From: Raja brachyura
Taxonomy: Eukaryota
Assembly (NCBI GenBank): GCA_963514005.1
Contig: OY740796.1
Span: 14,136,001 to 14,200,000, forward strand
Length of the DNA stretch: 64,000 nucleotides
Direction of reading: 5' to 3'
The notes under the pieces are model-generated. The model was not told where the DNA came from and ran no database searches. It saw only the letters and a list, made by a program, of their open reading frames with translations. Position numbers and translations under genes: made by a program. Below, piece after piece: positions 24,351-36,798 of this stretch (position 1 is its first letter; each line of letters starts with the position of its first letter).

Positions 24351-27300
24351 GTTGGTAGTCTGCTCTTACTGTGTGTTGGTTTTGTCTGAAGGTTTTTTTA
24401 AGGTTGGTCTTCGAGTGGTGATTTGAAAGTTATTTGGTTTTAATATCGAATTTCTTGGAAATTGCTTCTGTTGGTATTTAAAGGTAAGAATGGGCATTCA
24501 CTTGAAGAGGTTAAATGTAGAACGATGGCTTATTATTTCACTGAAATTATTAAGATCTACATAATATATAGATTAATTGCAATGATATTTTTCGGTGTAT
24601 TAACTTCCAAGGCTTAGATCTGATTTACTTTATTTAAAGTAATTTAATCCATATTAGTGGTCGAGAAAGCATAAAATCGATTATTAGGACCCCGCGTTGT
24701 AATTACAGAATTCAAAAAGAGAGAAATCAGGTTGGTATTGTGTTCTATTAGTAGAACTGGTTATTGTGTGGACAGAGAATTCGGCTTTATGCTGGGCGAA
24801 GCTTGCTATATTCGGCGTTAGCGGAAATTGAGTCTGAGGCTTTGAAGTTAAGGCAAGGCCCGATATGTCTGGGAAGCAGGATTGCACTTCAGGAGCCTGA
24901 CACAAATGTTTAGCGCTGAACAGTCGATGCAACACCTGTACAGGTCTTCAGCTTCCTTGGATACGGATGGTAAAAGTGGATTTGTTACGTTTATTTTGTT
25001 GTTTGTGGTCAGTAGTGAATTCTCCCATATTGTATTTTTAATAAAAAGGGGGAGGGGTAGTGCAACCACGTACTGGATACTGACATAGAAATGTTATATA
25101 TATTAACAGAATCATATATTGCCAGATTCTCTTCTAATTGCCTTATTAGTACGTTTTGAGATTGGTATTTTGAAACTAATGATTAATTTTCTTAAGGACT
25201 AGTGGAAGCATTTCTGTACAATAATCAGAGTGGGGGAGGGGATTGATTTTAAATCTAGTTCCATCAGTTCCAGCACTTCGACAGATCCAAGACGTAAAAA
25301 TTGGTGTTCTGAAAAACATTTTTATTCGCTGCTTTCAAAGTCTGTATGAGGGAAAAGTAAAAAAAAAAACATTACTCATATTTTGGGGTGTTTAGGATTT
25401 GTAGGTTGCACACTTGCAGCTTTTCAAATCTGTTTGTGAGAAGCTTGCTATCGGAGCAAGAGTATGCGAATTACCAGGAAGATACTATTTGATGCTAGCA
25501 AAAGTACATATTGTTCAGGAGTCCATATTTTTGTCACGTTCGATACCAGTGTTTGATCCAGGCATTCCATTTTGTGTTTTAATGATCTCGCATCTTATTC
25601 AATGTCTTGTGTAACTGGGAGATTTTAGACTGTTATGACCCTGTCCCAAGAAAAAATGAAGTTCGAAATCAAATGGGGTCTGAATGACTCGTACATTCCA
25701 TTAACCATACGTGTGTTCCAAAGCAATGGGTTCCAAATGTTAAGATTGTTGCAGACAAACGAGCGTTCGTTTATTATTCATTGCCTTCATCTTTAATACC
25801 TTGATCAGTAAATACAAAAGAGGACGAAGTTGGTGGATTTGTGACTACGGGACAATCTTAACAGTTTAAAGATTGTGTGTTGCAGTTGAGGGTGTGGGGG
25901 AGGGGAAGAAGCGCCTGTGCAGAATGCCACTTCATTGATACACCAGTGAACGTTGTGATGCATTTCTTCAAGTCACGAGCCGAAATTGCTCCCGGGACTG
26001 AAATATATTTTGGATATTGGTAGAGGTTGTGCATTATTTTATGGTGTTAGGAAATCGATTTTCAAATGCCTTTTTTGTCATTCGCAATGCTCATGTTTAC
26101 ATCGCTTTTGTGGGTTGTTAAAGCTTACCCCGAACGATGACCTGTCAATTAAGTACATGAAATAACGTTTAATATGTTCCGTTGAAAAGTCGCACACTAT
26201 ATGTGGCATCGTGGAAGAAACTGGCTAATGGCTTTGGTGAAATTTGATCTTGGTTGAAGTTCTCTCGCATACTAATTAACAGGCAAATGGTGGTGCGTTC
26301 GTCTTGAGTGGCGACTGTTTAAATTTTGGTCACGCTGATAAATTGTCAATCTCCGACAATCTTACCGAAGATAAACACATTCTTCAGATTCTGCATTATC
26401 TCTATTTCAATGTAGAACAGTACGGTAAAATATTTAAAGCAACTTGGCTTTTTGTGTTTTAGTAAGGGAATTGACGGATAGGAAGTGGATTCGTCGATTG
26501 CAGAGGATACGAATGGATTAACAAATGGATAAATAAAAGCATTGTTCAAGATATACATATTGTTCAGGTTGCAACGTCCATATAATTAAGGCACAATGAA
26601 CATAGAAGATTATACTTGATATATTTTTTAACTAGTCAACAACATTTAAACCTATGTTGGGCAATAAATACCTATTAGTAGCGGCCCTCATCAAGCCTGG
26701 AGCTGGAGTACTTGGTTATCCAGTTAGCGCACCGAAGACCTGGGCGGAAGGTGCTTCTATGATTGGCGCCAATGTTTATGGGACATAATTTTATTCTATG
26801 TTGGGTTTTTAAGGAAATAATTAAATTTAGATTACCCTCTTGGAAACCCCGTGAAAATGGTTTTTATGTAGGGATTTGAGTAATAGAATAACATGCATAT
26901 TCAATCCTTGTGTTTTAAGCTCGAATAGGCCTTTCATGAAAATGGCTGCAGTTGCGTCTGAACTGGCTGCTTGGGTGGTTTCTGCCTTCGTTTCCATTGG
27001 AGACTCCCGCGAAGAATTTTTAAGTTTTCTGCAATATTTACCAATTTTTGAAAAGAAGTGGGCAGATATATGAGAGGAAAAACCTCACGACTGCAAACCT
27101 ACTTTTTGTAGTTCTCCAATGCCCCGACTACATTATTTAATTGTGTTTTATTGGAAACTGAATGGGAGTTGAGGAATTAGGTTACAGGTGGGACATCATA
27201 ATGTACCTCGTTACGAATATAATATGCAAATCCAAACAGAAGCTGCTTCGAGTTTGTTATTTAGAAACCACGGTCTATGTATACCATGCGCGGAGGGGGG

Positions 27301-30300
27301 GAGGGGGGGGATGTAAAATCACATGCTATTTTCTGAAATGTGCTACATTGTTGGCCTCCACGGCTGGCACGTGATTAATTGTACATGAAAATGCTAACTA
27401 GATTTATTGCAAAAAGAATAATTACCATTGTGGATCTTTTCCTGTGTGCAGCATTTCCGATTGACTGATAATGTAACGTATAATGTCTGGGAAACATGGC
27501 TGCATTTCTAAAGATTAAAGCAATGTTTTTGAAGACAGCGTCAGCACATTGATCACATTTTCCCAGTTCCAATTCTCCCCTCCACCATCCCCGATCTATT
27601 TCCCAAGTTTTATGGATGAGTTTATAAACATCGAGAAAATAACTTTAAAGACAAAGGCAAATCAGTCCACCCAGCAAGACAAATTATTTGTCGTTGTACG
27701 CAAGCTCCTTTAGAAATTAGTTAGCAATGGATTGTTTCCTATGAGTTTTGTATCATGCGTGTTGACAGACCGCAGTTGATCTAAAGTTAGGTAATTGGTT
27801 CAAGTTGCGTTTCCCTTATCCTGCATTAGGATTTATAGTGAGATATGCAAATTAAGTACATCGGCCCCATTTTCTTCAGGTGTTTGGAATGATTCCAAGA
27901 GGAATCTCACCGTATCAAGTGTTTGGTTTTTGATTGGCTGATTATTTTCTAATACAATTGTTACATTTATTTATTTAAAGAAAAGAAAGGTCTCGCGTGC
28001 AGAAATTGTACACTTACGCTTGTTTTGTAACTTATAAATTCTGGCGATTAATCAAAGATCGTGTTTTATTAAACACGGTTTCCACTTATCCTCAACCGGA
28101 AATCATTTTGGAATGGTGCGAGGCTTACTCCACGTATTCAAATAAGATCAGCAAACATCTCCTTTTTTGGAGAACGCTGCAGCCAAACGTCTGTTTAGAT
28201 GTTTGTTTCGACCCGACGTTTAATGTGTTACAAAGCGTAAGGCGAGCATCTTTAAAACTTTTTTCTAACATTCTGCGACTGATGTTTTCTATTTGGCTGG
28301 GTCATATTTTAACTTTTGTCGCTAGTGCTGTTGCCAATGGCGGACATCCCGCCTCCCACCTCTGACCATTCATAGGTGCAACTCCTTGCTCTAAAAGTAT
28401 TTGACAGAATTTCCTTACCGAAGCTGGATTTGGAGAGTCGGGGGAGGGAAAGAAGGGAGAACGCGATGTTGCCGGTTCTAGTTAGAGGGCTTACTGGATT
28501 AAAGTGATTTCTGAATTAATGTGATCATTAGCACCAGTAACGCTCTAATATCTGACTAAGCAAGGGAGTACCGGGAAAAAAACCCGATAGATGGGGACTG
28601 CTGGGCAGCCATGAATTAGGGACGCCATTTTTTACAGGGCTACGGGCACGTAGATAATCCTTTTTATTTTGCGAAATCGATTTGTTTTTAAACGAAAGTA
28701 GACGTTGAGTGGGAAATGGCTACCCTCACTTTGGATTTTTCTGTGCAATTGTGAGTGTAATGTCACAATGAAACGGAGGAGAGGAATGCGAGGCGTGCGA
28801 TTGCAGAAACAGCCGGTGCCTGGAGGTGGATTAATGTTCTCAGAGAGATTGCATCATCCTCGCTCCCACTGGGCCTCTAAAACCCTTCCAGCTGTAAAGT
28901 AGCCAAAAATAAACCAATTATGAAAGAGCACAAACATAGGCGGCTGATTTTTGCAGCATATATATAAAGGAACTGCACTGAGGTGTGCCTTTATTCCCTC
29001 GATCCTAAGCTCTTCGCAGAAAATTGATTACTTTATTTTTCTTATTTTTAAAACGACCACGATACCCATCCACGCAAATAATAAGGAATGAACGAGAAAT
29101 ACTGCATCCTGACATTTGTAATTCACCATGCAATTAATCCGACGACCCATTCACGGGTTATTTTTCGAAAATGAAGGGAATGGCTCCAGTTTGCTTTGGG
29201 TTAATAGGGACATATTGTACCTATATTTCCCGAACGATTGATGGAAAGAAAGCGATTCGTTAATTTTGAGGCAGATTTTTTTTGCGTGCTGACGTTAAGA
29301 AGCATGCGCAGAGACTCTAATTGTGTTGCCATTCGTATATCCTTCCTGCGAGGGGCAATCCTAGGCGTGTAAAAATACCGTTTATGGTTTCTTATCTACG
29401 TTTCCCATCGGAAACCGCCGCTCCATAGTTAGTTGTGGAGATTCATACAACCACGAATCCTCTTTAGCACGGAAAACAACAAACTGTACGAAACAGCTAG
29501 CCAGCAAAATTAACGTAATTAACGGGGGGGGGGATATAAATTGGAACTCCGGAGCCGATTATGAATGCAACCCGACAATGCAATGAATCCAGAGCAGCGC
29601 CATAGAAATGAAGTTTTAAAACAAAATGTTATCTCCCATTTCTTATTGAAAGAAACAAAGACATAAGGAGCAGGAGTAGACCAATCAGCTCCTTGATCCT
29701 CCTTTGACATTTCTTGTGATCATGGCTGATTCAGTATTGGTACCACCATTTTCCTTCTCTCCACTCCCACTGCAGGCATAACAGGTGATCTCTTGTCATG
29801 AATGTGTAGGAACAGTCTATGTTGACTGCTGTACTTAAAAAAAAAACCTTGCGAGCGGTATTCTCTTTTGATACTTCGTGATTTCAGCAGTTACTGCTAT
29901 GCATCGAAACGTTATATATTTGTACCAATGCAAGCACTCTTGCATTTTTATTCTTTATATCGATAAAAATGGACAAACGTGACCACGGTTGGGAGAGAAA
30001 ATGGGCAAGAAAACATGAATCGTTTTGCAACATTGAACTTGTTTTGTGGAAGCTTGCAGGTTATGCTAATCAAAGCAAAATAATGGATTGTTTTAAGATA
30101 GGAGGGTGGGATGTGAGAATTCAAAATTATGTTGGGTTGAATCTTGTTTGAAATGTGTTTGATGCAGGGAAGAAAAATAAACTTTTGGCTTATTTGAAAT
30201 TCTCTCTCTTGACTCTCAAGGGAGAATGGTCATAGGAGATTTTATTAAAAATGGATTATCACAGAAGGAGAAGGATGTTGGAGGCTGTAGGAATCTGCTT

Positions 30301-30940
30301 GTTTTCCTCATTTTCCTTCCTATGAGCACAAAATGAATGTCGGCTTAGCTTCTCCCAGAAGTAGGTGCATAGGCTGTTGTATACTGAACATCTTGAGCCT
30401 GAAGGTATATCTGATTTTATTAAAGCTAGACATTTGGAAGAGATTATGTTGTATCCTCAAGGACCTATCTTTTAATCTCAGTATATTGCAACTGGCTTCA
30501 GGAGACAGATTTTTTAAATCAATGATGGTTGTCTCACACAGTTTAAAAGCAACTTCAGATATTAGTCTATAGACTTAATGCCCTTCAGAAGAATATTTTC
30601 CACTTTGAAAATTTAATGAATTTGGCATTCTTCTTGTTGCTATGTGTGTTGAGGTTGGCTCATTAGGGACAATCCTTCTGATGAACAGAGCAAAGGGGTG
30701 TCAGGTTTTGCTGAATGTGTTACCACATGGACCTTCCATTCACATCATCACTGGTCTATATTGAATTTTGCTGGGACCACTCAGTTCCACACCTCATCAT
30801 AGCCTTGGCCCAAATGTAGCTCAATTTTAGAGTGAGATGAATGGTAAAACTGGAGTCAATGCACTTTAGGTGTCACATATTAAAATGGTTGCAATTATAA
30901 TTTGCAGAATGATTTGATGATTGTGGTTATTGAAGGTTGG

Positions 30941-31072
30941 TTTAGTTTAGAGATACAGCTGTGAAACAGGCCCACCGAGTACCTGCCGAATAGCGATCAA
31001 CACTCCTACACACTTGGGACAATTTAAATTATACCAAGCCAATTAACCTACAAACCTGTATGTCTTTGGAAT
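30941..31072 (-). mobile_element. V-type SINE 3' part
   Basis: TTTAGTTTAGAGATACAG...CCAATTAACCTACAAACCTGTA, as at 45868. Confidence 0.7.
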
Positions 31073-31089
31073 CTAGTCAGTTATCTCAG

Positions 31090-32455
31090 CCATAGGACCT
31101 ATCTTTGAGACTTCCTGAGAAATGTCAAGCAACATTCACAGCGCATAAGCACGAGGCAATCCATCCAAGCTAATCTCCAAACTTGGAGTCAGCACTCACC
31201 TCTGCAACTGGATCCTTGACTTTCTGACCAACAAATTACAATCAGAGAGGATAGGTCAACCTCTACAATAACCCCCAACAATGGTGCCCTGCAAGGATGT
31301 ATTCTCGGCCCCCTTTTTTACTCTTTATAGACCCACGACTGCAGTCAAATACAAATCTAACTCTATTTACAAAGTCGCAGATGACACCACCGAACTGGGC
31401 TGGGTAATAAATAATGACAAGACAGAGTACGGGAATGAGATTGAGAACCTCATAACCTGGTGCCAAGATAACAACCTTTCCCTCAATGTTGGCAATACAA
31501 ATGAGATTGTGATCGACTTCAGAAAGCGAAGCAGTGCATACACAGTGCCCTCCATAATGTTTGGGACAAAGACCCATCATTTATTTATTTGCCTCTGTAC
31601 TCCACAATTTGAGATTTGTAATAGCACAGATCACATGTGGTTAAAGTGCACATTGTCAGATTTAAAAAAACAAACAATTTTTATACATTTTGCTTTCACT
31701 ATGTAGAAATTATAGCTGTGTTTATCCATAGTCGCCCCTCCCCCCCCCCCCCCCCCGTTTCATGGCACCATAATGTTTGGGACAAAGTAGACATGATTGA
31801 AAGCTTCAAGTTCCTTGGAGTACATATCACCTGCAATTTGTCCTGGACCAGCCATATCGAACAATGACCAAGAAAGCACACCACGCCTCTATTTCATCAG
31901 AAGGATTTGGAAGTTCGGCATACAACTTTCATCAACTTCTACAGATGCGCCGTAGAAAGCAATTTATTGGGATACAATACCGTATGGTCTGGGAACATCT
32001 TCATCCAAGACCACAAGGAATACCAGAGAATTGTAGACGCAGCCCAGACCATCACGCAAACCAACCTCCCTTTCATTGACACCATCTGCACTTCACGCTG
32101 CCTCAGCAAGGCCACCAAGGACGAGTCTCACTTTGGACACTGTTCTCCCCTCTCCCATTAAGCAAGAGGTACAGAAGTTGGAAAGTGCATGACTCCAGAT
32201 TCATCCCAGCTAGTATCGGGCAACTGAAATATCCTATCACCAACTCGAGAGGGGTTCTGACCCATCTTCTATGTCATTGGTGACCCGTGGACTATCTTTA
32301 ATCAGACTTTGCTGGACTTTATAATGCATTTCCTTTATCATATATCTGTACACGGTGAATGGGTTGATTGTAATCGTGTATAGCCACTCCGCTGACTGGA
32401 TAGCATGTAATAAAAACAAAAATGCTTTTCATTGTAGCTCAGTACACGCGACAAA
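31090..32455 (+). mobile_element. Rex1/Babar-like LINE RT fragment, interrupted by a Tc1 end
   Basis: [65 protein letters not shown]. Confidence 0.8.
31543..31786. mobile_element. Solo Tc1 IR/DR terminal repeat
   Basis: CAGTGCCCTCCATAATGTTTGGGACAAAGACC... with inner DR CCATAATGTTTGGGACA; near-identical to 58995-59220. Confidence 0.85.
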
Positions 32456-32479
32456 CAAAACAACATATCCTTTTCCATG

Positions 32480-33385
32480 AAGAGAGTTTAATCACAGAAT
32501 CATGACATCGAATGGCAACACAGTCACTGAGTCTGCTACAATCAATACCCACAGGTCCATCATTGACATGAAACTTAACTGGGCAGCCAAATAGATACTG
32601 TGACTAAATGTAATGGGTCAGAGGCTGGAATTTATCAAATTGGTCATCTTTTCTGCCATCTTCAAAGCACAGTTCAGGACTGTGGTAGAATATTTTCCAC
32701 TGCGGTAGAAGAGTGCTCTCTCAACAAATATAAGAAGGGTCTCGACCCAAAACGTCACCCATTCCTTCTCTCCAGAGATGCTGCCTGTTCTGCTGAGTTA
32801 CTCCAGCTTTTTGTGTCTATCTTCATATGAAACATGATACTATCAACGATAAATAAGCCCATATGATTGCGATCTTCTCCAACGTGAGTAAAGTGTGGAG
32901 ATGCAAGGACTGCAGATACTGGAATCTTGAACAAGGCGCAAAGTGCTGGAGGAACTCAGCCAGTCAGGCAGCATTTCAAAGCTGCTGACTCGTGTCTGAA
33001 GAGGGGCATTGATCCAAAACTTGATTTAACCATTCCATCCAGAGATGCTGCCTGGCCCGTAAAGTTCCTTAATTACCTTGTGTTTTGCCAGTAAAATGCA
33101 CAAAGATATTGCAATTACTTATCTGAGATACTCTAACAGCAACTCCTAAACCTGTAGGCACTTACACAAACCAATAGGCACCTGTGATATTATTTAAAGG
33201 CTCCTTTCCATGTCACATTACATCCTGACTTGGAAATATATTGCCATTCCTTTATCGCTGCATGGGTCAAAGCCTAAATTCCATACATAACAACATTGTA
33301 GGTGAACTCATGCTAGTTATTCTACAAGGTGGCTCATCACTACTTTCTAATGAGAAATAAAGGCAGGCCTTGTCAGTGATGTCTG
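32480..33385 (+). mobile_element. Old LINE 3' remnant interrupted by two Penelope-type fragments (32732-32825, 32900-33090)
   Basis: Degraded RT-end-like sequence (a related copy lies on the minus strand near 47810-48210); family motifs CCAGAGATGCTGCCTG. Confidence 0.5.
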
Positions 33386-33579
33386 TGGTTGTAAATTTGA
33401 TTCTAGTAGTTTTAGATAACAAGAAAACTGGAGAAATTATACAATGCAAATATTGTGTTATCAATTTTCAGCGATTATTGAATCAGTAAATTGCCTGATC
33501 CATCAAAATGATCCATAATATGAACATTTTGAGATGGAAGATAGAATTTGGACAATACTAGTTCAAATAATTCAAATAG

Positions 33580-36500
33580 TTCAAACAGTACAATATAGGA
33601 ATAGACCCTTCAGCCCACAATGTCAGTGCTGAACATGATCCCAAACTAAATTATTCCCAAACTAAACTAATCCCACCTGTTTGCACAAGATCCATATCAT
33701 TCTATTCCCTGCATGTTCATTTGTCTGTTTAACTGCTTTTTAAATGTGGTATCATGTCTGCTTCTACCATTTGCCCTGCCTGCACCTATTGTCCATGTGT
33801 CGTGTGGTAGTAATAAAAGCATATTTTGTATATCCCCTTTAAACATTCCTCTTCATATTTGCCCGCTCTCTGATACTTCTGTACGGGGAAAATAGGTTAT
33901 GACCTGTATTTATGCCAGTCTATACTTCTATCAGGTTGCTCCACGACTTCCTACACTCTAGTGCAAATAATTCAAAGTTCTCCATCTCTTTATAGCTGAT
34001 TCTCTCCAATCCAGGTAACGTCCTGGAGAACCTCTTCTGCACCCACTCCAACACCTTCACATCCTTCCTATAATGTGGTGACCAGAACAGCAAACAACAC
34101 TCCAACTGTGGCCTAATCAGATTTATAAAATTGCAAATGACTTGCTAACCTTTGCACTCAATATCCTGACTGACAAGTCAAGCATCTGTGCACCTTCATT
34201 ATCACTTATTCACTTGTGTTGTCCACTTTCAGGAAACAATGTACTTCTTCCTTAACCATAATTATTTAAATATCTCTCGTTTCCCTTATCTCTAGCCAGT
34301 CTGAAGAAGGGTCTTGACCCGAAATGTCACCCATTCCCTCTCTCCAGAGATGCTGCTTGCCACACTGAGTTACTCCAGCATTTTGTGTCTTATCTTTGAT
34401 TTAAATCAGCATCTGCAGTTCCTTCCTTAAGATCCTTCTGTACATCAGTGGTCCCAAGGATCCCTTCACTTGCTGTATATGTTCCTCTGGTATTTGACCT
34501 CCCAAAATGCATTACCTCACACTTGTGACAGCCTTGCTCAATTTCCACAATGCAACCAGTTCCACAGTTACACCAGATTTTGTGCCGTCTGAAAACTTGC
34601 TAATAAGACCACCTACATTTTCATTAGTCATTTGTATTTGGTCCCAGCACTGATCATTGTGGAACACGAACCGTCACAGACCTCCAGTCAGAATAACATT
34701 CCCTCACCACTGCCCTCTGTTTTCACTGACCAAGCACATTTTGAATCCAACCTACCAAGTCACAGTGGATCCATTTAACAATCCACTGCCCTGCTGTTAT
34801 TAATCACCTCTTCAGTTTATTTAAATTTGTGAGGCATGACATCTCTCTCTCATGACCTACTCTTGGTGGGGCGCTGCGAGTCGACTGCCCGGCCAGCAGC
34901 GTGTTCGTCATTTCTACTTTTTTTTTAAGTATATCCAAATGTGTGTTTTAGTGGCTCTTTGTGTGGGGGGTGTAAGGGGGGGGACTGCTTTTGGTCGCCT
35001 CCTCCAAGGAGAGGCGATTCTTTCCACGTCGCCTCCCTCGCGGCGTAACACCATGGATTGGTGCGGCCTTTGCCAGAGTTTCAGCAGTGGGCGCAGCGTG
35101 GACTTTTTCATTGTGGAGCGGGCGAGCCCTTGCTGGGGTTACAGCCTGAAGCCGCGGGCTGCGGAGCTTCTAGCCACGGGCACGGCGTCCGGAGCCTGGG
35201 ACCCCTCGCTAGGGATCGCCGGAGAAGAGCTCCGACCGCCGGCCCGCGGCCGATAACATCCTGAAGCTGCGGTCTGCGGAGTTTCTAGCCGTGGGTGCGC
35301 CGTGGACTTACCATCTGGAGCCTGGGTTGCCTCGCCAGGGACAGCCAGAGAAGAGCTCTGCCCGCCGGCCTGCGGCCGCGGTCTCCGGTAGGAAAGCGCC
35401 GATTCGGGACCTACAAGCCGCGGAGTGTGTTTGACCGTCCCGACGTCAGTTTCAACCATCCCGACGAGAGGGCCTGTACATTGGGCTGTCCGTAGCGGCG
35501 ACTACGGAGGTTTATGGCCCAACAATGGAGGACTGACTGTACTTTGTGCATTCCACCACAGTGAAGAATGCTGTGGTGGATGTTTGCGTTTAATTTTATT
35601 GTATTGTGTGTTTTTTTGATTGTACTGCTGCTGGCAAATTCATTTCACTGCACATATATGTGTATGTGATGAATAAATTGATTGGTTGATTGATCCTCTG
35701 CATAAAGTCATGCTGACTTTCCCTAATAAGTACAAATATACCTGGCCCCGAAGAATCTTTTCCAATAATTTTGCTACCACTGATGTCAAGGTCATGCCTA
35801 TAATTTGCTAGATCATCGCTTTTGTCCATTTTATACAAATAAACACCATTGGCTGTTCTCCAGTCTTCAGGGACCTTGCCTAAAGACAATATAAAGATCT
35901 TGGCCATGGCTTCAGCTATCTCTGCTTTGCATCCCTCAGTATTTTGGGATAGATCTCATCAGCCCCATAAGACTTTGTGATTAGTACAGGTGTCAGAGGT
36001 TATGGGGAGAAGGCAGGAGAATAGGTTTAGGATGGAGAGTTGATCAGCCATGATTGAATGGTGATCGACTTGATGGGCCGAATGGCCTAATTCTATTATT
36101 CCTTATGACTTATCCACCTCAATGTGGTTCAAGACACCCAACACTGCTTCATTCTTAATGTCTAGAATAGCAACATACCCCTCCATGATCTCATTACCAC
36201 CCGCAGTTCACAAAAACCGGCCCTTCTGCCCCCTCATGTCCATGTTATCCATTATACCTACCTACACTAATCCAGATTATTTAAATACTGGTCTAAATGC
36301 TTCTTAAATTTCATGATAGTATCTCTGCCACCTCTTTAGTTAGTGCATTCCTCTGTTTGAAAATGTTATTTTTCTGATCCCCTCTCTCACCTTTATCTTT
36401 ATCTCTCACCTTAAACCAATGTCCTTTATGAGGAAAATAGACAAATCTACCCAATCTATCTCCCCCTCATAACGTTGTGACCCCTCAGCCTCCTCTGTTT

Positions 36501-36670
36501 GAGGGGAAACTAAGCCAACCGATCCAGTCTCCTCTAGCCTGAATGCAACCATCCAGGCAACACCCTGCTGAATCTCCTCTATGCTCCTGTAATGTAATCA
36601 GGTCTTCATACAATACTCCATATCTGCCAAACCAATTTTTATAAAGTTGTAAAATGATGTCCCAGCTCTT
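33580..36670 (-). mobile_element. Nested CR1 fragments with inserted Penelope fragment (34275-34428) and GC-rich SINE-like element
   Basis: FWSPHYRKDVKVLEWVQKRFSRTLPGL; GKVPEDWRTANGV; ANFSDGTK remnant. Confidence 0.75.
34865..35692 (+). mobile_element. Young GC-rich non-autonomous retroelement with an internal ~120-bp duplication
   Basis: CpG-rich; repeated unit GCTGCGGAG(C/T)TTCTAGCC...GGAGCCTGGG...GAGAAGAGCTC...CGCCGGCC at ~35158 and ~35273; tail GTGATGAATAAA(TTGA)n; splits a CR1. Confidence 0.7.
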
Positions 36671-36720
36671 ATGAAGTACAGAACATGGAATTTGCTGACC
36701 GAGATAACATTTTATTTAGT

Positions 36721-36798
36721 TTGGGTTTGTCTGCTACATTTGGCACTCTTCTTTTATACCGATAAAAGAATAGTGGCAAATGTGGCAGACAAACCTAA
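36721..36798. repeat. 78-nt near-perfect hairpin (37-bp arms, 4-nt loop)
   Basis: TTGGGTTTGTCTGCTACATTTGGCACTCTTCTTTTAT-ACCG-ATAAAAGAATAGTGGCAAATGTGGCAGACAAACCTAA. Confidence 0.9.
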
